From contig CACKZK010000003.1 in NCBI GenBank assembly GCA_902604535.1, positions 11,227-75,226 on the forward strand: a stretch of DNA of 64,000 nt, given 5' to 3'. The DNA is from an uncultured SAR86 cluster bacterium. Lineage in GTDB: Bacteria; Pseudomonadota; Gammaproteobacteria; Magnimaribacterales; AG-339-G14. Made by a program: the position numbers and the translations under genes. This document shows, piece after piece, positions 26,853-35,794 of the stretch. The first letter of the stretch is position 1. Each line of letters begins with the position of its first letter. The notes under the pieces are model-generated. The model had not been told where the DNA came from, made no database searches, and worked only from the letters and a program-made list of their open reading frames with translations.

Positions 26853-27965
26853 TTATTTCGGAAATGATTGTATAGCATTAGCTATGTATTCTGAATCTTT
26901 TATATTTAAATGCGGACCGATGGGAAGACTTAAAATTCTATTACTTGCTATTTCGGAGTTTTTTGAATGAACTTTTCTGCTCGAAACAATATTGCTAAAG
27001 GCTTTCATTTTACTTAAAGGCTTTGGATAATAAATTCCACAATTGATGCCTTTTTTTCTTAAGAAAGCCATTAAAGATTTTCTGTCTCTAGATAGAATTG
27101 GAAATTGATGAAATACAGACGACTGACCTAATGTTAATTTAGTAGTTTTAATGTTTGACGATTTGATTGCCTTGATTAAATAAGAAGCCTGTTCAATTCT
27201 TAATTCATTTTGTTTATTCAAGTTTTTAATTTTAAAATTTAACACCGAAGCTTGAATTGAATCTAGTCTTGAATTTCTACCTGGAAGCACATGATCATAA
27301 GTTGCTACTCTTCCATGATTAGCTATTTTCTGAACTTTTTCATAAAGACTTTTTTTATTTGTAACTATTGCCCCGGAGTCTCCAAATGCTCCTAAATTTT
27401 TTGTAGGGTAAAAGCTGAATGTTCCAATATCTCCAAAATTACCTACGATTTTTCCATTGAACTTTGCACCATGAGCCTGGGAGCAGTCTTCAATAATTTT
27501 AATACCATACTTATCAGTAATTTTTCTGATTTCAGTCATATCGCATGGGTTTCCAAACAAATGTACTACTATCAAAGCACTTGTTTTTTTTGTTACAAGC
27601 TTCTTGAGAGATTCTATTGAAACTGTGAAATCATCTAAATTTATATCAGCTAAGACCAATTTATAACCTCCTCTCACAACAGCCTCTGCAGGAGATAAAA
27701 AGGTAAAATTTGGAACTATGACTTCAGAGTTTTTGGGAATATCTAAGCTCTCTAAAGCAATTTCTAAGGCATCTGTTCCGTTAGCTACCCCAACACAATA
27801 TTTACTTTCATTGAACTTCGAAAAATTTTCTTGAAAATTTTCAACTTCTTTGCCGCCAATAAAATTTTTATCTTTGATAAGTTTAGAAATATTACTAATT
27901 GTTTTGTCTAAGTCAGTTTTTTTGAGACTAAGATCTATGAAAGGAATATTTCTAGCTTTTGGCAT
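26853..27965 (-). CDS. DegT/DnrJ/EryC1-family PLP-dependent sugar aminotransferase
   Basis: MPKARNIPFIDL..., GVANGTDALEIAL, FSFYPTKNLGAFGDSGAIVTN (PLP lysine). The track ORF extends to 28037, but the first 24 codons overlap pgsA and look spurious; the start is taken at the MPKARN Met (27965). Confidence 0.85.
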   Translation of the reverse strand: MPKARNIPFIDLSLKKTDLDKTISNISKLIKDKNFIGGKEVENFQENFSKFNESKYCVGVANGTDALEIALESLDIPKNSEVIVPNFTFLSPAEAVVRGGYKLVLADINLDDFTVSIESLKKLVTKKTSALIVVHLFGNPCDMTEIRKITDKYGIKIIEDCSQAHGAKFNGKIVGNFGDIGTFSFYPTKNLGAFGDSGAIVTNKKSLYEKVQKIANHGRVATYDHVLPGRNSRLDSIQASVLNFKIKNLNKQNELRIEQASYLIKAIKSSNIKTTKLTLGQSSVFHQFPILSRDRKSLMAFLRKKGINCGIYYPKPLSKMKAFSNIVSSRKVHSKNSEIASNRILSLPIGPHLNIKDSEYIANAIQSFPK

Positions 27966-28464
27966 ATGAATAATTAAAAAGAGAAAGCCAAGACAAGACA
28001 GCTGTGATAACAACAAAGACCTCAACAATTTGATCAAGATTAGAATCCAAGAAGATCATTGCAAGCCCAATGGTGAAAATTTGAAAAAAAGTTTTAAACT
28101 TCCCTAAAAAATTAACTTTGGCTTTATTTTCTTTATTTATCTCTAAAGAGTACTGTCGAATAATTCCAATAGAGATTTCTCTGGCAATGATCAATATTGT
28201 CATGATTAAGAAGATAAGATTATCAAAATGAAAGGAAATGAAAATTAATAAACTGCTAACGAAAATTTTGTCTGCCAGAAGATCTAAGTTTGCACCTAAA
28301 ACAGATTCCTGTTTGAGATATCTCGCAACATATCCATCCAAAAAGTCAGTTAAACCCGCCATTAGAAAGAATAAAAAAGCTAAGGGAACATCATTAATTA
28401 ATATACAGAAGATGATAGGAAATATAAGGAATATCCTTGAAAGTGAGATTAAATTTGGAATCAT
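27952..28464 (-). CDS. pgsA: CDP-diacylglycerol--glycerol-3-phosphate 3-phosphatidyltransferase
   Basis: CDP-alcohol phosphatidyltransferase motif DFLDGYVAR...GANLDLLADK. 170 aa, downstream of uvrC as in E. coli. Confidence 0.85.
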   Translation of the reverse strand: MIPNLISLSRIFLIFPIIFCILINDVPLAFLFFLMAGLTDFLDGYVARYLKQESVLGANLDLLADKIFVSSLLIFISFHFDNLIFLIMTILIIAREISIGIIRQYSLEINKENKAKVNFLGKFKTFFQIFTIGLAMIFLDSNLDQIVEVFVVITAVLSWLSLFNYSYAKS

Positions 28465-29024
28465 GAGAATTCCTTATCAATTATGAAGCAGATTTCATGG
28501 CCTAAGATGGTATGTAATTCCTGAATTATTGCAGTCTCGCTTGAAGGCGCTTTGAAGGTAAAAAAAGACTTTTCAGATACGGTTGATTCTTTTATTCCTG
28601 TAAAAGAGATTGTTTTTATATTCATAGAATTTGCGTAATCAATAGCATTAATAATATTTTTACTTTCACCTGAAGTTGAATATGAAACGAAACAATCATT
28701 TTCTTTTGCCAGCGCTTGTAATTGTCTTCTGAAAATATCTTCGTATCCATGATCATTTGACCAAGCAGTTATAAAAGAAGTATCAACCGATAAGGCGATA
28801 GAAGGGATTGGATTTCTTTTGTTGGATGTTACCAATGTTCCAACATACTCAGCTGACATATGTTGAGCCTCGGCTGCGCTTCCTCCATTGCCAGCAAAAA
28901 TTAGTTTCCCTCCTTTATTTATAACCTCTATAAAAACTTTTGAAATAGTTCTTACAGAATCAATTAGGTAATCTTGGTTATCTTCAAGTATTTTTGATCT
29001 CTTCAAAAAAGTATTTTCCTTCAT
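28461..29024 (-). CDS. gmhA: SIS-domain phosphoheptose isomerase (GmhA/DiaA-like)
   Basis: GGKLIFAGNGGSAAEAQHMSAEYVG and YSTSGESKNIINAIDYA. There are 4-nt overlaps with both uvrC (29021-29024) and pgsA (28461-28464). Confidence 0.75.
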   Translation of the reverse strand: MKENTFLKRSKILEDNQDYLIDSVRTISKVFIEVINKGGKLIFAGNGGSAAEAQHMSAEYVGTLVTSNKRNPIPSIALSVDTSFITAWSNDHGYEDIFRRQLQALAKENDCFVSYSTSGESKNIINAIDYANSMNIKTISFTGIKESTVSEKSFFTFKAPSSETAIIQELHTILGHEICFIIDKEFS

Positions 29025-30817
29025 TTTTCATTCAGGTATTCATAAATTAGTTTGGCTCTAATAGAACCAATACCATCGATAGATTTTATCTGATCTATGC
29101 TTGCTTTCCTAAGAGATTCTAAGCCGCCAAAATGCCTGAGAAGAATTTTTTTATTTTTGCTTCCAATCCCTTTAATCCCATCAAGAGTTGATTTAGTAAT
29201 ATTTTTTCTCCTCTTTTTGCTCTTAGATAAAGCAAATCTATGGGATTCGTCTCTCACAAATTGAAGAAGGCGTTTGCCTTCTTGTTCAAGATCCATTCTT
29301 ATAATCTTTCCATCACAAAAATATAGAACATCATCATATTTAGAATTTCTATCTGGACCTTTAACCAGTGAAAGTATTATGGTGTTGCAGTCTTCATACT
29401 TTTCAATTTCCTTAATTGCTGAAGTAAGTTGTCCTTTACCACCATCTATAACGACCAAATCTGGGAAATTATTTCCTCCTTTTTCAAGTCTTTTGAATCT
29501 CCTTGATAAAACCTCTTTCATTGCGAGGTAATCATCATTTTTATTAATTTTTATGTTGAAAGTTCGATACAGTTTTTTTTGTGGTCCTTCTTTATCAAAT
29601 ACCACGCATGAGGCAGTAACGTTATCGCCTGACAAATGGCTAACATCAAAGCCTTCAATCCTATTTATTTTTGATCGAGTTTTATCTTCAATTAAAGAAA
29701 GTCCTTCAGTTATCCAAGGATAATTATATTGGCGTTGAAGTCCATCATCTGATTGTATCGAAGCCAACTCAAAAATTTTTTTATTTTTACGATTCTTTTT
29801 CTCTAAATTTATTTTTTTATTTTTGAGCTGCGAACTTAAATTACTAAACCTAAAATCTGATAACAAAGTTAAATTCTTTAAGTTTTTTTCTATCAAAATC
29901 TTTGAAAGAAAGCTTTCCATAAGCTCCTCTTCTGAGACGTGCTTATCTTTTTTTGAAAAATAGTTCTCTGCGTTTGAAAGCCAACCATCTTTTATTTCTA
30001 AAATAGAAATACAATTAACATATTCATTAGATTTCTTAGTTATCGCAACCGCGTTATCATATATGGTAAAGACGGATTGATCTTTTTGGATATCCCTATA
30101 GGCTTTGATCTTATCTCTATAAAGGGCTGCTCGTTCAAACTCTTTTAGAGATGAGTATTCATCCATTTTTGAATAAAGGATGTTGAGAAAGGATTTATCT
30201 TTTCCTTCAATAAATTTGATGGCTGCATCAACTTCTTCGAGATAGTTTTTTTGTGATATTTTTTCCACGCAAGGTGCTGAACATTTACCAATTTGATGTT
30301 GTATACATGGTCTTGTACGGTTTTGGAAAACCATATCAGAACAATTTCTCAAACCAAATAATGTCCTCGTCAGGTCAATTGATTGTCTTGCTGCAGTTAC
30401 ATTTGCATAAGGACCAAGTTTTATACCTTTAAGTTTTTTATTTCTAGTTAAATAAATTCCCGGAAAATCATGACCAGAAGAAAAATAAATAGCTGGAAAC
30501 GATTTATCATCTCTAAATTGAACATTAAAAGGTGGCTTAAGTTTTCTAATTAAGTTTTGTTCTAAAAGCAAAGCATCGCTTTCAGTTTTTGTAATGAATA
30601 TTTCAAGAAACTTAATCTTGTCAATTAGTTCATTTTTTTTTCTATCTTTAGATGAAGAAAGATATGACTTGAGCCTGTTTGATAAGCTCTTTGCTTTGCC
30701 AATGTAAAGAATTTTATTATTTTCATCATAAAATTTATAGACTCCCGGAAGTTTTGGTAATTCTTTTTCTTTGGAGAAAATTTCTTTTGTCTTAGTGTAC
30801 TGATATTGCTTTGCCAT
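29021..30817 (-). CDS. uvrC: excinuclease ABC subunit C
   Basis: GIY-YIG N-terminus (GVYKFYDENNKILYIGKAKSLSNRLKSY), a UVR domain, and a C-terminal (HhH)2 (GIGSKNKKILLRHFG...IDGIGSIRAKLIYEYL). Confidence 0.95.
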   Translation of the reverse strand: MAKQYQYTKTKEIFSKEKELPKLPGVYKFYDENNKILYIGKAKSLSNRLKSYLSSSKDRKKNELIDKIKFLEIFITKTESDALLLEQNLIRKLKPPFNVQFRDDKSFPAIYFSSGHDFPGIYLTRNKKLKGIKLGPYANVTAARQSIDLTRTLFGLRNCSDMVFQNRTRPCIQHQIGKCSAPCVEKISQKNYLEEVDAAIKFIEGKDKSFLNILYSKMDEYSSLKEFERAALYRDKIKAYRDIQKDQSVFTIYDNAVAITKKSNEYVNCISILEIKDGWLSNAENYFSKKDKHVSEEELMESFLSKILIEKNLKNLTLLSDFRFSNLSSQLKNKKINLEKKNRKNKKIFELASIQSDDGLQRQYNYPWITEGLSLIEDKTRSKINRIEGFDVSHLSGDNVTASCVVFDKEGPQKKLYRTFNIKINKNDDYLAMKEVLSRRFKRLEKGGNNFPDLVVIDGGKGQLTSAIKEIEKYEDCNTIILSLVKGPDRNSKYDDVLYFCDGKIIRMDLEQEGKRLLQFVRDESHRFALSKSKKRRKNITKSTLDGIKGIGSKNKKILLRHFGGLESLRKASIDQIKSIDGIGSIRAKLIYEYLNEK

Positions 30818-32471
30818 CTGGTCTTCTTAAGTCAGCAAAACCTTCATATCTATCTTTATGAAAAAGTATAGAATGTGTTTCACCAATTCTTTCCCTATAA
30901 ATAGTATCAAATCCTAATTCATCAATATCTTTTAAGTATTTTTCATTCTCGATAAATAAAATTTCAGGCTTCCATTGATGATGAATACGTTTAGCTTTAG
31001 ATGCCTCATGAATTTCCATATCAAAAATTAAAACATTTAATATAAGCTGAAGCACGGTAGATATAATAGTAGATCCTCCAGGAGAGCCAGTAATTAAAAA
31101 GGGTTTTCCATCTTGAAGAACAATTGTTGGTGTCATTGATGAAAGCGGCGCTTTTTTGGATTGAACCTTATTTGCTTCTGATCCCACTAATCCAAAAAAA
31201 TTTGGAAAGCCTGGTTTGATTGAAAAATCATCCATCTCATTATTCATTAGGATTCCAGTTCCTTTTGCAATAATACCCGAACCATATGCTGTATTTAATG
31301 TATATGTATTCGAAACAGCATTTCCATTTGAATCTATTATTGAAAAATGAGTTGTTTCTTCACTTTCAGTAAAATACTTTCCAGGAGAATCGATAGCAAT
31401 TTTTCTTTTAGATCCTTTAATTATTGTTGATAGAGCCTTTGCATATTTTTTAGAAGTTATCTTACTAATATCAAAATTATTGAAATCTTTGTCTCCTAAA
31501 AATTCTGACCTATCTGCAAATGAGAATCTCATTGCCTCAGTTAAAATTCTATTGTACTCAAGAGAATTATGGTCATAAGAAGTTAAATCGAAATTTTCTA
31601 GAATATTAAGTGATTGTGATAGAACAATACCTCCTGAGCTTGGAAGAGCCATTGAACATACATCATAGTCTTTGAAAGTTGAACAAAGAGATGGCTTAAA
31701 TGTTGACTGGTAATTTAAGAAATCATTTTCAGTAAAAATACCTCCATTTTTTTGAAAGTAATTTACAATCTTTCTAGCTGTTTCCCCTGAGTAAAACTCA
31801 TCTCTTCCAAACGCAGATATTCTTTTGAGAGTTTTTGCTAAGTCCTCCTGCTTAAAAAGATCTCCTCTCTTCCATAAGTTTTCTTTTACAAAAATTTTTT
31901 TTGTTTCAGCATTTTTTGAAAATTTATCTCTATTTCTATTAAAGTATTCTGCTTGAAAATTAGATAATACAAATCCTTTTTCAGCTAATTCTATTGCAGG
32001 CGAGATTAGTTTATTCATGGGAAATGATCCATATTTCTCATGAATCTTGAACATGCCATCTACCGTCCCAGGAATACCAGAAGCTAAAAAAGATGATGTG
32101 CTTAATCCTTTTATGACATTTCCATTTTCATCGAGAAACATATCTTCTTTAGCTTCAATTGGAGCTCTTTCTCTGTAGTCTATTGATTCAATGTTTTTCT
32201 TATTTACATCGTAAAGTAAAGCAAATCCTCCGCCACCAATATTTCCAGCAGATGGATTTACAACCGCTAAAGCAAATGCTACTGAAATAGCTGCATCAAA
32301 TGCATTACCGCCATCCATGAGTACTTTTGAACCAACTTCTGTTGCTAAGTGGTGTCTCGTAACTACCACAGCATTATGTTTTGAAAAAGATGAACTTGAA
32401 AAACAGATAGAAGAAATTAGAACAAGAAAAATTAATAAATTTCTTTTAAATGAAGTAAGAATCAATTTCAT
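30792..32471 (-). CDS. ggt: gamma-glutamyltranspeptidase (secreted)
   Basis: N-terminal signal peptide, autoprocessing/catalytic Thr context ETTHFSIIDSNGNAVSNTYTLN, and GSPGGSTIISTVLQ. Confidence 0.92.
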   Translation of the reverse strand: MKLILTSFKRNLLIFLVLISSICFSSSSFSKHNAVVVTRHHLATEVGSKVLMDGGNAFDAAISVAFALAVVNPSAGNIGGGGFALLYDVNKKNIESIDYRERAPIEAKEDMFLDENGNVIKGLSTSSFLASGIPGTVDGMFKIHEKYGSFPMNKLISPAIELAEKGFVLSNFQAEYFNRNRDKFSKNAETKKIFVKENLWKRGDLFKQEDLAKTLKRISAFGRDEFYSGETARKIVNYFQKNGGIFTENDFLNYQSTFKPSLCSTFKDYDVCSMALPSSGGIVLSQSLNILENFDLTSYDHNSLEYNRILTEAMRFSFADRSEFLGDKDFNNFDISKITSKKYAKALSTIIKGSKRKIAIDSPGKYFTESEETTHFSIIDSNGNAVSNTYTLNTAYGSGIIAKGTGILMNNEMDDFSIKPGFPNFFGLVGSEANKVQSKKAPLSSMTPTIVLQDGKPFLITGSPGGSTIISTVLQLILNVLIFDMEIHEASKAKRIHHQWKPEILFIENEKYLKDIDELGFDTIYRERIGETHSILFHKDRYEGFADLRRPDGKAISVH

Positions 32472-33147
32472 TAATTACTTTTAGAGGATTTGAAGATGAA
32501 ATTATTTCTCTTGCTACTACAAGGTAGTCTGCGCCCATATTAATTGCTTGACTAATAGATGCCGTTCTTTTTTGACCTCCACTCTCTTCTCTAACCCTTA
32601 TTCCTGGACAAACAGTTATAAGAGAATCCATATCTTCCTTCTTGAAAAAAGCAAGATCATTAGGAGAGCAAACAATTCCATCTATACCTACCTTTTTTCC
32701 TAAATTAAAAAGAGAGAAAATTTGATCTTTTAGATCTTTGCTTACTCCAACATCAAACAAATCATTTTGGTCAAGGCTTGTGAGAACTGTAACTCCTACT
32801 AAAAGAATTTCTGGTGAAATTGAATTCTTAGCATTAACTGCAGACTCAATCATATTCTGTCCTCCAGAAAGATGAATATTCAACATCCATACATCCTTTT
32901 TGCAAGCTTCAACAACTGCTTTCTCTACTGTATTCGGTGTATCGTGGTACTTTAAATCTAAAAAAATGTCAAAGCCTTGCGCTTTAAGATCTTCTAACAC
33001 TCTTGGTCCACAAGCAGTAAAAAGTTGATTTCCAACCTTTAACTTATAATTTTCAGGATTAAGGAGCTTAGTTATTTCAAAAGCGCTTTGAGAATTATCG
33101 AAATCTAATCCAACTATTATTTGTCCCTTTTTGATGAATTTTTCCAT
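32446..33147 (-). CDS. pyrF: orotidine-5'-phosphate decarboxylase
   Basis: IIVGLDFDN, KVGNQLF, FLDLKYHDTPNTV, YLVVAREI. Confidence 0.93.
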   Translation of the reverse strand: MEKFIKKGQIIVGLDFDNSQSAFEITKLLNPENYKLKVGNQLFTACGPRVLEDLKAQGFDIFLDLKYHDTPNTVEKAVVEACKKDVWMLNIHLSGGQNMIESAVNAKNSISPEILLVGVTVLTSLDQNDLFDVGVSKDLKDQIFSLFNLGKKVGIDGIVCSPNDLAFFKKEDMDSLITVCPGIRVREESGGQKRTASISQAINMGADYLVVAREIISSSNPLKVINEIDSYFI

Positions 33148-33184
33148 TTACGAACTATTTGGAAAATTATATCAATAATAAGGT

Positions 33185-33463
33185 TTATTTATTTATTCTA
33201 TTTTTAAGCAGCTTTGAAGGTCTAAAATAGAGTAAAGATCTTTTATCTAATTCAATTGCTTTTCCCGATTTGGGATTTCTTCCTCTGATCGGATTTCTTT
33301 CTCTTACTGAAAATGCGCCAAATCCTCTTATTTCAACTCTTTGCTTTTCTGAAAATAGATTTGATAATTGATTAATCAGTTCATCTAAGGCGATTTTTGA
33401 ATCTAAAGGGGAAAAGGTTGGATTTTGAGCAGTTATTTTATCAAGAAGATCTGTTTTTTGCAT
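33185..33463 (-). CDS. ihfB: integration host factor subunit beta
   Basis: 92 aa, HU/IHF fold. VEIRGFGAFSVRERNPIRGRNPKSGKAIELDKRSLLYFRPSK. Position immediately after rpsA. Confidence 0.9.
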   Translation of the reverse strand: MQKTDLLDKITAQNPTFSPLDSKIALDELINQLSNLFSEKQRVEIRGFGAFSVRERNPIRGRNPKSGKAIELDKRSLLYFRPSKLLKNRINK

Positions 33464-33466
33464 AAA

Positions 33467-35140
33467 TCACTTATCTTCAAGCTCTTCTTTGATCAAGTCA
33501 CCAATTGAAGATTTAGAGCTCTCTTCGATTTCTTTATTCTTCATTTGATTTTCTTTCAAAATTTCTTTTTCCATGCTTTTTTCAAGAGCTTTCATGGAGC
33601 CCCAAATTTTTCTCTCTTTTCTATCGATATTTGAAATTGAGAAGTTTATGCTATTTCCCTCTTCAAGAGAGGAACTTTCATCTTCTATAAAGTCTCTTTT
33701 TCTCATCAAAACTGGAATATTGTCATCTACTATTAGTTTTATGATTTCTTCATCAATATTTGAAATTTTTCCTGCAATTGAGATTCCTTTTGGATGATCT
33801 TTTATGAAATTTTCAAGTGGATCCTCTGAAAGTTGTTTGATTCCAAGAGAGATTCTCTCTTTCAATGGATCCATAGCTAAAATCAAAGCTTGAACATCTT
33901 GACCTTTTTGGAAGTTTTGAGCTGCATTTTCTTCTGAATCGATCCAAGATAGATCTGAAAGATGGACAAGTCCATCTATATCGCCATCAAGGCCGACAAA
34001 CATCCCAAAATCGGTTATAGATTTAACGGAGCCTTGAACAGTATCGCCAACTGAATTATTTTCAGAGAAGATTAACCAAGGATTCTCTTGACATTGTTTC
34101 ATTCCCAAAGAAATTCTTCTTTTATCCAAATCAAGCTCTAAGACCATAACATCAATCTCATCTCCTGTAGATACCACTTTCGATGGATGTATATTTTTAT
34201 TGGTCCAGTCAATTTCAGAAACATGAACTAAACCTTCCGTATCTTTATCAAGCTCAGCAAAAAAACCATAATCTGTCAGAGTTGAAACTTTTGCTTTATG
34301 TACTGAGTTTACTGGATAAAGCGTTTCAATAGTTTCCCAAGGATCTGAGTACATTTGCTTTAATCCTAAAGATATCCTTGATTTTTCTTTATCAAAATTA
34401 GTCACCTTTAGACTTAGCTTATCTCCAATATTGAGAGCTTCTGATGGATGATTAATTCTTTTCCATGTAATGTCTGTTATGTGAAGCAATCCATCAATAC
34501 CCCCGAGATCAATAAAGGCTCCATAATCAGTTAGATTTTTTACTACACCCTCAATAATAGAACCTTCTTCTATGGTCGCAAAAAGCTTCTCTCTTTCTTC
34601 CGAATTAATATCCTCCTGAACAGCCTTTCTAGATATGACAACATTAGACTTGTCTTTATCTAGTTTTATGACTTTAAAATCTTGAAAGGTTTTTTCTAAA
34701 TGGTCAAAGCTTTCAAGTTGTTTTGAATCCACAAGGGAACCTGGCAGGAAGGCTCTAACTCCTGCTACGTCGACTGTCATTCCACCTCTGACTTTGCCTG
34801 TTATGTAACCTTTAACTATTGAGCCTGTTTTAAGTGATTCTTCCAAGTTGAGCCAACTTTCATCATGCATTGCTCTTAATCTTGAAACCCTAGTCTCACC
34901 ATAACCATCTTCAACGGCCTCAAGGGTAACTTTTACTTCATCGCCGATCTCTAGCTCTTTGTCAGATTCATCTGCTAAAAATTCGTTTCTAGCCAAAACA
35001 GGTTCTGATTTTAAGCCTACATGGACAGTAACCCAGTCTGGTTTTAGGTCAACTATCACTCCAGTAATAATCGTTCCTATTTGGAAATCTAATGTTGAAA
35101 GACTTTCGTCAAGCAGTTTTGCGAAATTAGCTTGTTCCAT
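33467..35140 (-). CDS. rpsA: 30S ribosomal protein S1
   Basis: 557 aa with six S1 repeats (e.g. GAFIDLGGIDGLLHITDITW, GFFAELDKDTEGLVHVSEIDW). Confidence 0.97.
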   Translation of the reverse strand: MEQANFAKLLDESLSTLDFQIGTIITGVIVDLKPDWVTVHVGLKSEPVLARNEFLADESDKELEIGDEVKVTLEAVEDGYGETRVSRLRAMHDESWLNLEESLKTGSIVKGYITGKVRGGMTVDVAGVRAFLPGSLVDSKQLESFDHLEKTFQDFKVIKLDKDKSNVVISRKAVQEDINSEEREKLFATIEEGSIIEGVVKNLTDYGAFIDLGGIDGLLHITDITWKRINHPSEALNIGDKLSLKVTNFDKEKSRISLGLKQMYSDPWETIETLYPVNSVHKAKVSTLTDYGFFAELDKDTEGLVHVSEIDWTNKNIHPSKVVSTGDEIDVMVLELDLDKRRISLGMKQCQENPWLIFSENNSVGDTVQGSVKSITDFGMFVGLDGDIDGLVHLSDLSWIDSEENAAQNFQKGQDVQALILAMDPLKERISLGIKQLSEDPLENFIKDHPKGISIAGKISNIDEEIIKLIVDDNIPVLMRKRDFIEDESSSLEEGNSINFSISNIDRKERKIWGSMKALEKSMEKEILKENQMKNKEIEESSKSSIGDLIKEELEDK

Positions 35141-35143
35141 AAT

Positions 35144-35794
35144 TTAAATTAAATCCATTACTATATTTACTACCTCATCAGTTGAAAGATTTGTTGAATC
35201 AATAACTTTTGCTCCTTCTGGAATCAAAAGAGGTGATACTTTTCTATTTTTGTCTTTCAAATCTCTTTCTTCTAAGCTTGAAATAAGGTTGGGCATGTTA
35301 ACCTTCAATCCCTTTTCTTTCAACTGAATTTGACGTCTTTTTGCTCTTTCTTCGATTGATGCATCCAAATAAATCTTTATCCCGGCAGCAGGAAAAACAA
35401 CCGATCCCATATCTCTCCCGTCGGCTATAAGTCCTTTATTTGGATCATAAAAGGCCCTCTGAGTAGTTTTAATTAGGTTTCGAATTTGTTGATTATGTGC
35501 CAAGTCTGAGGCCTTTGTACCAATTTCTTCTCTTCTTATATGGTCAGATACATCTTTACCATTGAAAATAAGGTGATATTGTTCGTCTATAAGCTCAAAG
35601 ATGATTTTGCTATCTTTCAGTTCTAATCCAATTTTATCTGGATCAGTATTTTTGATATTTTCTGAAATTAGAGCTATTAATCTATACAAGGCTCCGCTAT
35701 CTAAAATATTCCATCCTAATTTTGCAGCTAATAGTTTGGATATAGTCCCTTTGCCAGATCCGCCTGGTCCATCAATAGTTATCAAATTATCCAT
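35144..35794 (-). CDS. cmk: cytidylate kinase
   Basis: ITIDGPGGSGKGTISKLLAAKLGWNILDSGALYR; between aroA and rpsA. Confidence 0.95.
   Translation of the reverse strand: MDNLITIDGPGGSGKGTISKLLAAKLGWNILDSGALYRLIALISENIKNTDPDKIGLELKDSKIIFELIDEQYHLIFNGKDVSDHIRREEIGTKASDLAHNQQIRNLIKTTQRAFYDPNKGLIADGRDMGSVVFPAAGIKIYLDASIEERAKRRQIQLKEKGLKVNMPNLISSLEERDLKDKNRKVSPLLIPEGAKVIDSTNLSTDEVVNIVMDLI

Noticed and set aside
26851-27966. Expected tRNA-Gly between pgsA and tRNA-Cys (the E. coli glyW position); also integrase/IS elements or CRISPR arrays anywhere in the window
   Set aside because: I looked for these and did not find them. The interval is fully occupied by the DegT CDS. No cloverleaf-like GC-rich segment, no transposase or integrase motifs and no regularly spaced direct repeats were seen.
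26853-28037. N-terminal extensions given by the ORF track: DegT to 28037, ispA from 58973, pheA to 40143, serC to 41209, and the 565-aa protein to 3359
   Set aside because: The extensions overlap the upstream genes substantially and lack homology-like sequence. Internal Met codons reproduce the canonical family N-termini ([38 protein letters not shown]) and give the 4-14-nt overlaps typical of this genome.
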